Positions 1-9,842 of a DNA stretch of 64,000 bases are shown one piece after another (the first letter of the stretch is position 1; each line of letters begins with the position of its first letter). The stretch is from the IMG/VR virus record IMGVR_UViG_3300021368_000010, positions 1,333 to 65,332 of that record, one strand, 5' to 3'. The notes beneath the pieces are model-generated. The model did no database searches. It was not told the origin of the DNA and saw only the letters and a program-made list of their open reading frames with translations. Origin of the DNA: a virus. Lineage: Duplodnaviria; Caudoviricetes. The translations under genes and the position numbers were made by a program.

Positions 1-537
1 TTTGACTGAGTTCATATACGAACCCATTCCGCCAGGAAGAGGAGATTTAAACGAACCAGGGTTAGCCCTATAAGCTTGCTTAAAGTCTTTCTTGCTGGAG
101 TAAGTGCTGCCCGCCTTTGCGCCAACAGAACCAGGCAATGCTTCAGTCAAGTCCGTCTCAGTTTCGTAGCCTTCTTGATAGCCTTCTTCTGAAACTTCTT
201 CTTGACTGACATAGGCTTCCTCCTTTTGAGTTTTTGCTTTGCGTTTTGCTGCTGCTTTTGCTTTTAATCGCTCTTTAGCAGCATCCTGTTCTCCTTTAGG
301 AATGGAGAACATGTTACGATCGGTCTTTAGTTTTTCATCGGGTTTGTCATACCCCTCATTAGCAACATCAGGACCGTCCTTTACATCATCTTTTCTACGC
401 TTTTTGTCACACTTAGAACAATCACAGTCCTCACCATGATTCTTCTTTACATCTCCAGAACCTTCAATGATTTCATTCTTTTTAGGATTGATTTTAACTT
501 TAGTTTTTCTTTCGGATAATTGACTGAAACTTAACAT
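1..537 (-). CDS. Partial (3' end outside window) K/E-rich hypothetical protein, probable internal head protein
   Basis: Not in ORF track. ATG at 537-535 overlaps the upstream TGA (TGATG); frame is open to base 1: MLSFSQLSERKTKVKINPKK... Confidence 0.75.
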   Translation of the reverse strand, partial: MLSFSQLSERKTKVKINPKKNEIIEGSGDVKKNHGEDCDCSKCDKKRRKDDVKDGPDVANEGYDKPDEKLKTDRNMFSIPKGEQDAAKERLKAKAAAKRKAKTQKEEAYVSQEEVSEEGYQEGYETETDLTEALPGSVGAKAGSTYSSKKDFKQAYRANPGSFKSPLPGGMGSYMNSVK

Positions 538-2258
538 CACTCTTCCTCCTTTTTCATTCTTTCTTTTGCTCTGCGCTTACCAACACCTTTGTAAATGTTA
601 GATGCTTGTTTTGCTTTCTTAGATGCTCTCTCTTTATCTCCGGAAAGTGCTGCCTTTCTTCTTTCCTCATCTGCCTTTTGAGAAGCAGTGAGTGCCAGGT
701 CAGCAGAGATCTCATCAATCTGACCAACTTCTTCTTTCTTCATCGCTTCCTTTTCTTTACGGAGAGCAACAGAACTTTTTCTCTTTGGCATGTTAGGGTA
801 ATAAGTTTTACCTACCTCTGCTTTCTTTACAACCTCACCGGTCTTAGCATCTCGGTGCATACCCTCTTTTTCTTCTTTCTTATACTGAGGGTGGTCGTCG
901 AGTTTCATTCCACGCTTTTTCTCAAGGCGTGCTTTGCGTTCTGCAGTTTTATCATCACGAACACCTTCAACTACATTCTCAATCTCAGTAAGAGTAAAGA
1001 GACCTGACTCATAGAGATGTGCGATTTGATCATAATCTTCACCAAGACGCTTAGCGAGTTTATCACTGCCACCAGATACTGCACGAGCAGTCTTACCAAC
1101 TGCCCTCTTCAGACCGCTACCAATTCTCGAAAGCAAACCAGGCTTCTTCGCCTTAGGTGCTTCACTTTCCCCGCCACCAGACGATGCACTGCTGCTTCCA
1201 CCGCCAGAACTACTACCTTTTGTACCTCTTGTAGATGCCAAGAGAGCATCTAACTTACCACCAGTTCCGTCGTCAGAACTCTTCTTCTCTTTTGCAGCAG
1301 GTTTAGATTCGCCCTTGGGTGCTTCCTTCTTACCAGGAGCACCTTCTTTGCCACGCTTGTAACCAGCAGAGAAACTCTTCTTAAGGGAAGAACCGCCACG
1401 CTGAGCAGCACCAACTGCATAACCAGCACCCTTAGCAGCACCCTTGACCGCTGCCTTAGCAGCAGGTTTTACCATCTTCATGCCAGCAGCAGCACCTGCC
1501 TTAACTCTCTTACCTGCTTCTTTAGCAGCACCCTTCATGCGAGCAGTACGGGAAGGACCTGCTTTCTTTGCTGCTTCCTTCGATTGCTTTACAGCAGAAT
1601 CATAATACTTGTCACTTGCTTCCGAAATTGCATCTGCCATTGCTTGAACAGATTCTTTCTTATATCCGCTCTTCTTAACTTTGCCACCCTTAGATTTTTT
1701 AGGCATTCCCGTAAGAGGATTATTACCCATTGCCATACCAACAAGCCCGCCGAGGAGTTCATCGAGTTGCTCAACTTCCTCATCCAGAAGTTCTACTTCC
1801 TCAAGTGCCTCTGCAATCTCAAGCAGATCTTCATCATCCTCAGCAAGGTCAACAATTGCTTCCATCATGGTATCGATGAGTTCCTCGTCAGTCATCTCAT
1901 CGATCTCTTCCAGACCTTCGATCTCGTCTTCGCTAAAATAAAATGCTTCTTTGACACAGTTGTCAACTGTCTTACCGCCTTTCTTTTTAGTACCGGCAAG
2001 TTTATATCCCTTCCAACATGCCTTACCGTCTAAACCCTTTTCTTTGCCTTCTTCAACTTCCTCAACTTCTTCCTTCTTCATCGCTTTGGCGATTGCCTTG
2101 CGACGATTTGCCAGATACTTATCATTGGGATCATTCTTTTTCCCATCATTATCAATATCCCCATCTTCTTTTCCAACAGGGTCTAGTTCTGGTTTCCTTT
2201 TACCTTCATATACCTGTCTGAGAGCATCAGACATATCAGGAAGTTCGTTGAGATTCAT
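537..2258 (-). CDS. Low-complexity acidic/basic protein, probable internal head (virion) protein
   Basis: 573 aa with alternating D/E-rich and K/A/G-rich blocks and a CWKGY...NCVK module; ATAAATA late promoter just upstream. Confidence 0.7.
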   Translation of the reverse strand: MNLNELPDMSDALRQVYEGKRKPELDPVGKEDGDIDNDGKKNDPNDKYLANRRKAIAKAMKKEEVEEVEEGKEKGLDGKACWKGYKLAGTKKKGGKTVDNCVKEAFYFSEDEIEGLEEIDEMTDEELIDTMMEAIVDLAEDDEDLLEIAEALEEVELLDEEVEQLDELLGGLVGMAMGNNPLTGMPKKSKGGKVKKSGYKKESVQAMADAISEASDKYYDSAVKQSKEAAKKAGPSRTARMKGAAKEAGKRVKAGAAAGMKMVKPAAKAAVKGAAKGAGYAVGAAQRGGSSLKKSFSAGYKRGKEGAPGKKEAPKGESKPAAKEKKSSDDGTGGKLDALLASTRGTKGSSSGGGSSSASSGGGESEAPKAKKPGLLSRIGSGLKRAVGKTARAVSGGSDKLAKRLGEDYDQIAHLYESGLFTLTEIENVVEGVRDDKTAERKARLEKKRGMKLDDHPQYKKEEKEGMHRDAKTGEVVKKAEVGKTYYPNMPKRKSSVALRKEKEAMKKEEVGQIDEISADLALTASQKADEERRKAALSGDKERASKKAKQASNIYKGVGKRRAKERMKKEEE

Positions 2259-2262
2259 TTTA

Positions 2263-3420
2263 CTAAGCGTCCTTTTCCTTTTTATTTATCTTACGAAGAA
2301 ACTCACCTGGAGTTAATCGTCTAACATAATCTCTAAGTTCATCAGTACCAACTTGTCCAGCAGGTGTCCAGTCAAAATATTTTAAATTGTTAATTTCAAC
2401 CAAATCCTTCAACCAAGTGCGGAAGATATTATCATGCTCATCAATACTGATGACATAATTACTGCCGCGACTGACAACCTTACTAATAATTCCGGTGTTA
2501 GCATTCTCAACAAAGGTTCCTTCATTGAAAATTTCACCGGCAAAGTATGCCTCACGAAGACCTTGAATGTCTAATTTAGGAGCAATCTCATGTACAGCAT
2601 ATGATGCCTCAGCAAAATCATCAAATGATTCTTGGACATTCATTGCTTGGCGAAGAGTGAGGAATACTTCTTCTTGATCTTTCTTACTTAATGCTTTTGG
2701 CATACCTTGCTTAAAGGTATCAAAGTCACCTTCTGCTGCTGCCTTTCTCATCTTGGATGCAGACATACCTTCCACACCATCAGAGTCAGGGTCTCTATCA
2801 CCTGCCGATGTTACTTTGATGTTATCGAATGTATATAACTTTCCGTTGTATTTTGATGCAAGTGAATTGAACTCGCTAACACGGTCACCTCCCACAACAA
2901 TATTAACGCTGCTATACCCGTCATTATCGAGAGCGGTAAGAACATCAAAGATGGTACGCATATCGTCAGACGAAGTAATTGCATTCGCGTGATCGGGATA
3001 TGCCATCCGCATAAAACGAACCTTAGTGCTCGGGTCGAGGGGATTCTTCTTAGGATCCTGCGACCTTGAGGGGTATATTCGATACTCTCCTCCATTTGAT
3101 TTTGCCTCTCTTGCTACTTTTGCAAGAAGTTTTTCATGCCCGACAGTAGGGGGATTAAATCTTCCAAATGTAATAGATATTGTGCCTTGATCGACCTTGC
3201 CTTCGCCGCTTGAAGTTTCTTCTCCTCCACTTTGCTGTGCTCCAGTATCTAAATCTTTCGGGTCAATCTTTACAAGTTTCCCATCCTTTGACATATGGGT
3301 TACGTTTCCTCTTACATCGGCGTACCGACCGTAACCAATATGTTTAAGTTGTAATTTTTCTGCTTCTTTAGAAGCATGTGATTTTTCGGCTTCAGTTAGG
3401 AAAGCACTAAAACTTTTCAT
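2263..3420 (-). CDS. Cytidylyltransferase-family (HxGH) nucleotidyltransferase
   Basis: FGRFNPPTVGHEKL, VVGGDR and MSASKMR motifs; conserved cyanomyovirus gene. Confidence 0.85.
   Translation of the reverse strand: MKSFSAFLTEAEKSHASKEAEKLQLKHIGYGRYADVRGNVTHMSKDGKLVKIDPKDLDTGAQQSGGEETSSGEGKVDQGTISITFGRFNPPTVGHEKLLAKVAREAKSNGGEYRIYPSRSQDPKKNPLDPSTKVRFMRMAYPDHANAITSSDDMRTIFDVLTALDNDGYSSVNIVVGGDRVSEFNSLASKYNGKLYTFDNIKVTSAGDRDPDSDGVEGMSASKMRKAAAEGDFDTFKQGMPKALSKKDQEEVFLTLRQAMNVQESFDDFAEASYAVHEIAPKLDIQGLREAYFAGEIFNEGTFVENANTGIISKVVSRGSNYVISIDEHDNIFRTWLKDLVEINNLKYFDWTPAGQVGTDELRDYVRRLTPGEFLRKINKKEKDA
2283..2289 (-). promoter_or_regulatory. T4-type late promoter (ATAAATA)
   Basis: tatttat on plus strand, 24 nt upstream of the ATG at 2258. 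Confidence 0.6.
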
Positions 3421-3421
3421 T

Positions 3422-4330
3422 CTACCAATTTTTACTAAGATTAAAGTTTGCTTTACTAAAAGTCAGTCGATCTACGATTTTATATGGATTATCTGAGATT
3501 ATTACGAATCCTTCGTGTGAGGATGGTTTACCATCGATGAAACATTCAACATTCCCATTTGTAACAATCGCATCAAGTAGACGCTGTTTCAGTTGGAAGA
3601 TTTTATGCCACACCATGAAGGTCTGAACATTAACCTCTTGCTTATATTTAGCATCCATTGCACTATGCATTACACCAGGACTTGGAATGCTGCCAGCACG
3701 AATAAATTTATTGACAAAAGTCCTCAAATACAATCTAGTACACTTATCTTTGGATACCTTACACTGGGGAATCAGTGCAAGAATTTCAGCAACTAGTTTG
3801 GGAGCAAACCATTTACCAACAACAGCATCAGTAGTGTCAATGAAATGAGTTCCTAGTGCAGACAGAAGTTTGACTCCAACCTTACCTTCAGCAGTAGGAG
3901 AAATCTCCGTATAGGAAGTATGGGGTGCTACAATAATATCGCTACGAATAGGAGAATCAAAACGATAGGTAACGGTATTGGGAGTATATGACCTGCCGCC
4001 ACCAATGCCAATAAAGTCAGCTTGAGTAATACCAGGAGTATGGGGAAGATGACGTAAACACATACGAAGGATATCAGCAACGCGACCAGTATGGTTTTTA
4101 TCGATATCTTCATTGGTATAATTGATCAGAACTTTCTTTTTATTGAATACCGACTTGGTGCCGACAAAGAACTTACCGTTCTCTGGATTGGTGCCAAACA
4201 CAATAGCAGGAGCACCGTCCCACTTAACACTGACCTTACGGCACAGAAGCATCTCTTTGACAGCAGCAAGTGCTGCCCGACGACCATCGAAGATAGAATC
4301 TTCTGGATGCTCAAGGTGTTTGTTAGGCAT
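3422..4330 (-). CDS. Conserved phage protein (DUF6267-like) with ligase-like KxDG motif
   Basis: Likely start MPNKHLEHPED at 4330, downstream of a TATAAT box; SVKWDGAPA, HEGFV and KIVDR motifs. Confidence 0.7.
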   Translation of the reverse strand: MPNKHLEHPEDSIFDGRRAALAAVKEMLLCRKVSVKWDGAPAIVFGTNPENGKFFVGTKSVFNKKKVLINYTNEDIDKNHTGRVADILRMCLRHLPHTPGITQADFIGIGGGRSYTPNTVTYRFDSPIRSDIIVAPHTSYTEISPTAEGKVGVKLLSALGTHFIDTTDAVVGKWFAPKLVAEILALIPQCKVSKDKCTRLYLRTFVNKFIRAGSIPSPGVMHSAMDAKYKQEVNVQTFMVWHKIFQLKQRLLDAIVTNGNVECFIDGKPSSHEGFVIISDNPYKIVDRLTFSKANFNLSKNW

Positions 4331-4351
4331 GTCCCTCGTGTCTATACCATT

Positions 4352-4396
4352 ATTATAGCATGTCAAAGTTGAATCGCACATGAGTGTGTACCAGTT
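4352..4396 (-). promoter_or_regulatory. Early/middle-type promoter, TGCTATAAT with upstream AACTGGTA box
   Basis: attata 4352-4357 and taccagtt 4389-4396 on plus strand. Confidence 0.55.
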
Positions 4397-5691
4397 TATA
4401 AACCGTCCTTCATAATCTTTTTGAACTCGGGGGTGATGCCAGCAAAAAACTGCGGCATGGCAGTAAAGGATCCCTTATATCTTAATTCAATATCAAGAAT
4501 TGGAGTCTTTCCTTTATACAAAGTAAAGAAAACTTTGGCAGCATTTCTTGCAAAGGTTTTCTTCTTATCAAGTTCCATTCTAGCAGGTTGTTTTGACAAC
4601 TTTGCCATGGCAATCATGACACTATGAATATCAACCATATTAGCATTGCCAATATTTGGGTTTAAGTTAGTGTCAACAGTACCAACACCTTCAGTCAAAT
4701 AAAATGCAAAGTCTGCTTCCTTCCAGGTATTCAACTCATCCAAAAGATTTACTTTGAGAACTCTTGTCAGCAAAGCATCAGCGAGTTTATTACTAACAGT
4801 AGGATTATTCATGATGTCAAGAAATCCCTTGTATAAAGGATTTAATTTTTCACCTTTACTTTGCAACTTATCATTTACAAAATTTCTAAAACTGAGTTGA
4901 GATGGAGATGCACCTGCCTTTTTAATCAAACCATCTCTGGATAGTTCAGTTTCTCCTTTTAAATTAATCAGTGCAATCTTTTCTGTCTTATTTCCCTTCT
5001 GCCTTTCAACTTTCATATCCCATAACTTCTTTGCATCCCCCTTATTATTAGGATTCAATCTTGCAATATCAGTATTTGCAACAGCGACATTCTCAAGAGG
5101 ACCTCCTTTCTGACATGCTTCTTTAATTACACCGGCAAAAAATTTAATTCGATGATCATCTAATTTCTGTCTAACACTTTTAAGTTCCGGTCCCTCAATG
5201 AATTTAGAGAACGCATTGTTAATAAGAGTTGGACTTGGTGCTGACACACTAGGTTTCTTTTTCAAAGAAATGCCAACATATCTTTTAGGCGGATAAAACA
5301 AAATGACATCGGAGGAGTTGTAGTCCGCCATGCCATATGCTTTGATCTTAAATTTTTCTACATCTTGATGCCACTTATTACCGGTCAAATATACTTTTGC
5401 TGGGGCACCACGACTAACAGATTTTCTAGTTCCAAGAACAGCAGAAATTGCTGCTGCCATATCAGCATAAACTTTTTTCTTTGCTGCTTCATTAGGAATT
5501 TGAATGGCAGCAATCATTCCTCTTTTAGTAGCATTTCCTGCCGCATCAAGAACACCCGAACCTTCCAAGTTACTCAATATCTTTTCATAAAGACTATCAA
5601 ATACCTCTGGATTTCTCTTAGCACTTTCTAATTCATTTGTGTTAAGAAAAGAACATCCTGCATAAAGTCCTTCTGAGGGTTCGTATGCCAT
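4396..5691 (-). CDS. Hypothetical protein, possible PD-(D/E)XK nuclease fold
   Basis: 431 aa ORF; SSDVIL...GISLKKK motif; CTAAATA upstream. Confidence 0.6.
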   Translation of the reverse strand: MAYEPSEGLYAGCSFLNTNELESAKRNPEVFDSLYEKILSNLEGSGVLDAAGNATKRGMIAAIQIPNEAAKKKVYADMAAAISAVLGTRKSVSRGAPAKVYLTGNKWHQDVEKFKIKAYGMADYNSSDVILFYPPKRYVGISLKKKPSVSAPSPTLINNAFSKFIEGPELKSVRQKLDDHRIKFFAGVIKEACQKGGPLENVAVANTDIARLNPNNKGDAKKLWDMKVERQKGNKTEKIALINLKGETELSRDGLIKKAGASPSQLSFRNFVNDKLQSKGEKLNPLYKGFLDIMNNPTVSNKLADALLTRVLKVNLLDELNTWKEADFAFYLTEGVGTVDTNLNPNIGNANMVDIHSVMIAMAKLSKQPARMELDKKKTFARNAAKVFFTLYKGKTPILDIELRYKGSFTAMPQFFAGITPEFKKIMKDGL

Positions 5692-5696
5692 TCTAG

Positions 5697-5897
5697 TTAA
5701 TCTGGTTTAACACTATTTAGATAATCATTCTGCTCTTCATAGACTTTCCTTTGTCCTGACCAAATTTTATATCCCTCAACGATATCGGGCAGTAACCATT
5801 GGTCCACCCTATAGCAATACTTCCAGTTAACCGGTTGAATACAATTCATCACGACAACTTGGAAGAATGCTATAAGATGAATCAATAAGGTCTTCAT
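5697..5897 (-). CDS. Small hypothetical protein
   Basis: 66 aa; tightly packed, ATGA overlap with the upstream gene. Confidence 0.6.
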   Translation of the reverse strand: MKTLLIHLIAFFQVVVMNCIQPVNWKYCYRVDQWLLPDIVEGYKIWSGQRKVYEEQNDYLNSVKPD

Positions 5898-6043
5898 TTA
5901 TGACTCAATCCTTTATTATATCCAGTCATGTAGATACGAAATGCAAGTTGTTCAATATCATCGTAGATTTCTTCAAGTTCTTTCTTAAGTTCATCACTTT
6001 GCACATTAAGAATGCGCTCTTCCGGTTCAAGATTTCCAATCAT
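5894..6043 (-). CDS. Small hypothetical protein (49 aa, MIGNLEPEE...)
   Basis: Not in ORF track; ATGA overlaps at both ends fill the gap exactly. Confidence 0.65.
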   Translation of the reverse strand: MIGNLEPEERILNVQSDELKKELEEIYDDIEQLAFRIYMTGYNKGLSHK

Positions 6044-6348
6044 GATTTTTTCTCCTGGTCGCTTCTTTCTAACTGGGCGTGATGGGCGAGTCGTTCGGGG
6101 TCGTCATTTACTGAAGGTTCAAAAGGTGTGCGTGAAAGATTCTTAATTACAATGAATGCATCTTTATTGTACTTGCGTGTTCCTTTTGGTGACTGCCACT
6201 TTTTATTGTAGACTTCACCAACATCAATACCAGAGACTGCAGTGCCAGCAATCTCTACAACAATATTATCTCCATGTTCCCACTCAAGTTGTTCAATAGA
6301 ATCCAAAAGAGTGGAAAACATATCATCTCCCGTTCCCGAAATCGTCAC
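6040..6348 (-). CDS. Conserved cyanophage hypothetical protein
   Basis: 102 aa; GTGA overlap with the mazG stop. Confidence 0.65.
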   Translation of the reverse strand: MTISGTGDDMFSTLLDSIEQLEWEHGDNIVVEIAGTAVSGIDVGEVYNKKWQSPKGTRKYNKDAFIVIKNLSRTPFEPSVNDDPERLAHHAQLERSDQEKKS

Positions 6349-6746
6349 AGATCACCTTCCTTCCGATTCTCAGAATAATACACATCAAAAGCACCATCAG
6401 GATATCGTGCTGCAAGTTTCTCAACATTCATCTTAAGGACTTCATCCAAAGAAATATTGAGACCCATACATGCTTGGGCAACATACCACATGATGTCACC
6501 AAGTTCACGCTTCAGGTGGAAGAGATTATCTTCCGATGGTTCTTTACCTTGGAAAACAATCTTCTTTACAACTTCAGTAAACTCACCTGCTTCGGCAGAC
6601 ATACCTACAGCAGCAGTAAGCAGTCGCTGGGTAGGAAAATCTTTGTTTTTGAGGTACTCAAGACGCTCAAAGAATACACTTTCCTCTTTACTTTCTTGCG
6701 AGGTGACGGCATCTACAAACTCCAAATACTTGTTAGGATCAATCAT
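6345..6746 (-). CDS. mazG: MazG-like nucleoside triphosphate pyrophosphohydrolase
   Basis: EAGEFTEVVKK...KRELGDIMWY motif. Confidence 0.92.
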   Translation of the reverse strand: MIDPNKYLEFVDAVTSQESKEESVFFERLEYLKNKDFPTQRLLTAAVGMSAEAGEFTEVVKKIVFQGKEPSEDNLFHLKRELGDIMWYVAQACMGLNISLDEVLKMNVEKLAARYPDGAFDVYYSENRKEGDL

Positions 6747-8124
6747 ACTTTAAATCTTGAAATGTTTTCTTACTAGTGAATTTTTGCACAAGGTCAATTG
6801 ACTGCTCTTGGGTTCCTTGACCTGAATCTTGGAGACCTTCTTGAGCAGACTCCTCTACATCATACAGCTTCATCTTCGCTCTGTCAATACCTATACAGAA
6901 CCTTTTGTTCATTGTCGGATCGTTATAACGATTCTTCAATTGCTTAACCATGATCTGATTCATACCCTCAAGCTCTTCCGTGCTAATAAGGGCAAACATA
7001 AGATCAGCAGTAGCAGGAAGACCGAAGGATTCTGAAGTGTCAGTAAGGTCAACATCAGAGCTACCATAACCTGCACGAGTGGTCTGCGTAGCAGAAACGA
7101 TAGGCACTCCACACTCACAAGCAAAACCCCTAAGTTCCTCAGCGATTGCTTTGACATATGTGTAGGAGTTGACAATGCTGCCTTTATATCTTTGGGACGC
7201 ACAGATATTAAGGTAATCAATAAAGATAATATCGGGTCTAATGCTCCGCTTAAGAGCAAGATCACTAACAAGAGATTTAAAGTGACCGACATGTGCAGAA
7301 GCAGTTGGATATTCTTTAATTATAAGAGTACCCTGAGTTTTCTTACTCAATGTTTGGATTTTCTTATCAAACATTGCCTTAGGAAGATCTGCTAATTTTT
7401 GGATTGGGATGTTGAGAAGATTAGCGTCAATGCGTTCAGCGATCTTCTCTTCTGCCATTTCCAGTGTGATATAAAGGACGTTCTTGCCTTGAAGGAGTGT
7501 CGCAGCGGCGCAGTGACACATAAACAAAGACTTGCCCACACCAGTACCAGCGAGTGCGATGTTAAGACTTTTGTTAGAAAGACCACCCTTCGTAATCTTA
7601 TTGAAGAATGATAAGTCGAATGGGATCTTATTTTCCTTTTTGTGGTAGAACTCGTACCTTGCTTCTGCGTCAGAGACATAATCGTGACCTACATGTTGAT
7701 CGAATGAAACACCTAACGCTTCAGAAAGTATCTGCGGAATAGCACCTTTATCTTTCTGGGAATCTTGCCCGTCAGCAATCTTGACAGATTCCATAAGAGA
7801 TAAGTAGATCGCACGCTCTTGACACCACTTTTCTGTAGTATCAATGAGCCAGTCAAAGTCTGCGGAATCATCGGAAAGGACATTCAAAACCTCCAGGATT
7901 TCAGCATAATCATTTTCATTGATATCAGTTCTTTCCTGACATTCTATACCAATTGCATTAAGAGATGGTAGCGTTTCATACTGAGTGACATACTCATGAA
8001 TTTCCAAAAAGATAATCTTATGAGTACGAGTTTGAAAATAATCAGACTTAATGAAAGGTATGACCTTGCGAGTATACTTCTCATTAAATACCAAATTATT
8101 GAGAATTGTTACTTCTAGGTTCAT
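6739..8124 (-). CDS. g41: DNA primase-helicase subunit gp41
   Basis: LAGTGVGKS Walker A, IFIDYLNI, ATQTTR, QLKNRY. Confidence 0.96.
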   Translation of the reverse strand: MNLEVTILNNLVFNEKYTRKVIPFIKSDYFQTRTHKIIFLEIHEYVTQYETLPSLNAIGIECQERTDINENDYAEILEVLNVLSDDSADFDWLIDTTEKWCQERAIYLSLMESVKIADGQDSQKDKGAIPQILSEALGVSFDQHVGHDYVSDAEARYEFYHKKENKIPFDLSFFNKITKGGLSNKSLNIALAGTGVGKSLFMCHCAAATLLQGKNVLYITLEMAEEKIAERIDANLLNIPIQKLADLPKAMFDKKIQTLSKKTQGTLIIKEYPTASAHVGHFKSLVSDLALKRSIRPDIIFIDYLNICASQRYKGSIVNSYTYVKAIAEELRGFACECGVPIVSATQTTRAGYGSSDVDLTDTSESFGLPATADLMFALISTEELEGMNQIMVKQLKNRYNDPTMNKRFCIGIDRAKMKLYDVEESAQEGLQDSGQGTQEQSIDLVQKFTSKKTFQDLKYD

Positions 8125-8687
8125 AGGTAGTGCAGATAAGATCCAACAATATATTTTTCAGACGATATTGGAGATCTTCCAGCATGTCTGTATTGCCATG
8201 TTGCAGGGAACAAGAGTATTCTACCACACTTTGAGGCAACTTGGTGATTAAAGATTGGAAATTCAGTATGTCCACCGACATTTACTGTGTTCAAATAAAT
8301 GAACATCACTAAAAATCTACGAGCAGACTCATGATCTTGCACATCAACATGATCCTTGAATTGATCATGTCCATTATTCTGATACATTTTCATACGGAAT
8401 TCTTCGTATGCATATTTTGCAGGGAAGTCCGGTCCAACTTTTAGTTGTGAAATATATTTATCTACAACACCATCCAATGCATTTAGAATGGTCTCTTGAT
8501 GATCCATCCATAAAGGATCTTTGTCCTCGTACTTTTTAGAAATATTTAATTCTCTGAAGGACGGTCGCTGTTCTCTATCAACATATACGCTGTCGGATTT
8601 AGAAAACGATTCAATGATAGATTTACATACAGATTCATCAAGAATGTTATCATAGGTCTTTATATAATCAGTAAGTTTAGTTGCCAT
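8121..8687 (-). CDS. 2OG-Fe(II) oxygenase
   Basis: HVD...YLN...GGHTEF...[11 protein letters not shown]; likely start MATKL at 8687. Confidence 0.88.
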   Translation of the reverse strand: MATKLTDYIKTYDNILDESVCKSIIESFSKSDSVYVDREQRPSFRELNISKKYEDKDPLWMDHQETILNALDGVVDKYISQLKVGPDFPAKYAYEEFRMKMYQNNGHDQFKDHVDVQDHESARRFLVMFIYLNTVNVGGHTEFPIFNHQVASKCGRILLFPATWQYRHAGRSPISSEKYIVGSYLHYL

Positions 8688-9687
8688 AACTGAACTCCAG
8701 TCGGGCAGCTTTGTCCAATTCATTCATTATTTCGGGGGTGAAATACTTCTCCGGATCAGCGAGAATAGACTTAGGGTAAAAAGTAGATTCACCAATAACG
8801 ATACGATTCCCCCGCTTGGTAAAGACTCCGTATTTCTCACCCAGTTCCAGTAAGCCGTAATACCTGTCCAGTCCACGGTCGTAATAAAGACGTGTTTCAA
8901 CTTCGCTATTCTCCTTTGTTAGACGAGACTTCTGTGCTTTGCATTTGATGATGTTACCGACAACCTCAGTTCCATCCTTCTCCTTCTTCTTGGACAAATA
9001 GATGATAGTAGAAGATGCATACTTCAGACCTGAACCGCCACCCATTTCTTTGGTAGGAACATAGGAACCAATGACATCATAGGTATGGTTAGTGACCATC
9101 ATTGGAACATTTGCCTTACCCAATTTTAGTGTGAGTACACGAAATGCACCTTTAATGAGTTGACTCTTAGTCATGTCACGAACCTGTTTGTCAGCAGCAA
9201 CATCTGCAATCTCCTTCTCAGTGGAGAGCATACCCAGAGAGTCCAGGACAAACATCAGAGGTTTACGATCAGCAACATCCTGTTCCATATACTTGTCCAA
9301 GATACGACAAGACTGAGTTCGGAATTGTTCAATGGTAGCAACAGGAACGATCATCATACGATCGGATGCGATACCACGGTCCTCAATCATCTGCTTTGAG
9401 ATAGCAGACTCAGACTCAAAATAGATCACCCCAGCATCGGGATTAGATTCAAGAAAATGCTGGACAATCCCAAGGCAGTAAAAAGTCTTGCCAGTAGAAG
9501 ACTCGCCAGCGATAGCCGTGATCTTGTTTGCAGGGATTCCACCGTAGATTGAACCGCTAACCAAAGCATTGAAAATATAGCTACCAGTATCAATGAAACC
9601 AGAAGTGTCTCCTGCTGCGACACCATCGCTGACAAGTCCTGCATATTCATTACCAATCTCCTTTGCTACATCCTGTAAAAAATTCAC
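8677..9687 (-). CDS. uvsX: RecA-like recombinase UvsX
   Basis: [25 protein letters not shown]; GTG start. Confidence 0.96.
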   Translation of the reverse strand: MNFLQDVAKEIGNEYAGLVSDGVAAGDTSGFIDTGSYIFNALVSGSIYGGIPANKITAIAGESSTGKTFYCLGIVQHFLESNPDAGVIYFESESAISKQMIEDRGIASDRMMIVPVATIEQFRTQSCRILDKYMEQDVADRKPLMFVLDSLGMLSTEKEIADVAADKQVRDMTKSQLIKGAFRVLTLKLGKANVPMMVTNHTYDVIGSYVPTKEMGGGSGLKYASSTIIYLSKKKEKDGTEVVGNIIKCKAQKSRLTKENSEVETRLYYDRGLDRYYGLLELGEKYGVFTKRGNRIVIGESTFYPKSILADPEKYFTPEIMNELDKAARLEFSYGN

Positions 9688-9842
9688 TCTTTAACCTCCA
9701 ATAATGATGTGATGTAATTGGAGCGTTTCATGGCACGCTCAAACCATTGCGCTTCTTTTATGTCACTGAAAATCTTTTCTTCTCTAGGTGAAAACCCAAA
9801 TGCGTTTTGATATGTGACAATATACTTTGTAGTTTTGTTCAT
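9684..9842 (-). CDS. Small hypothetical protein (52 aa, [16 protein letters not shown]...)
   Basis: Not in ORF track; ATGA/GTGA overlaps with g43 and uvsX. Confidence 0.65.
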   Translation of the reverse strand: MNKTTKYIVTYQNAFGFSPREEKIFSDIKEAQWFERAMKRSNYITSLLEVKE

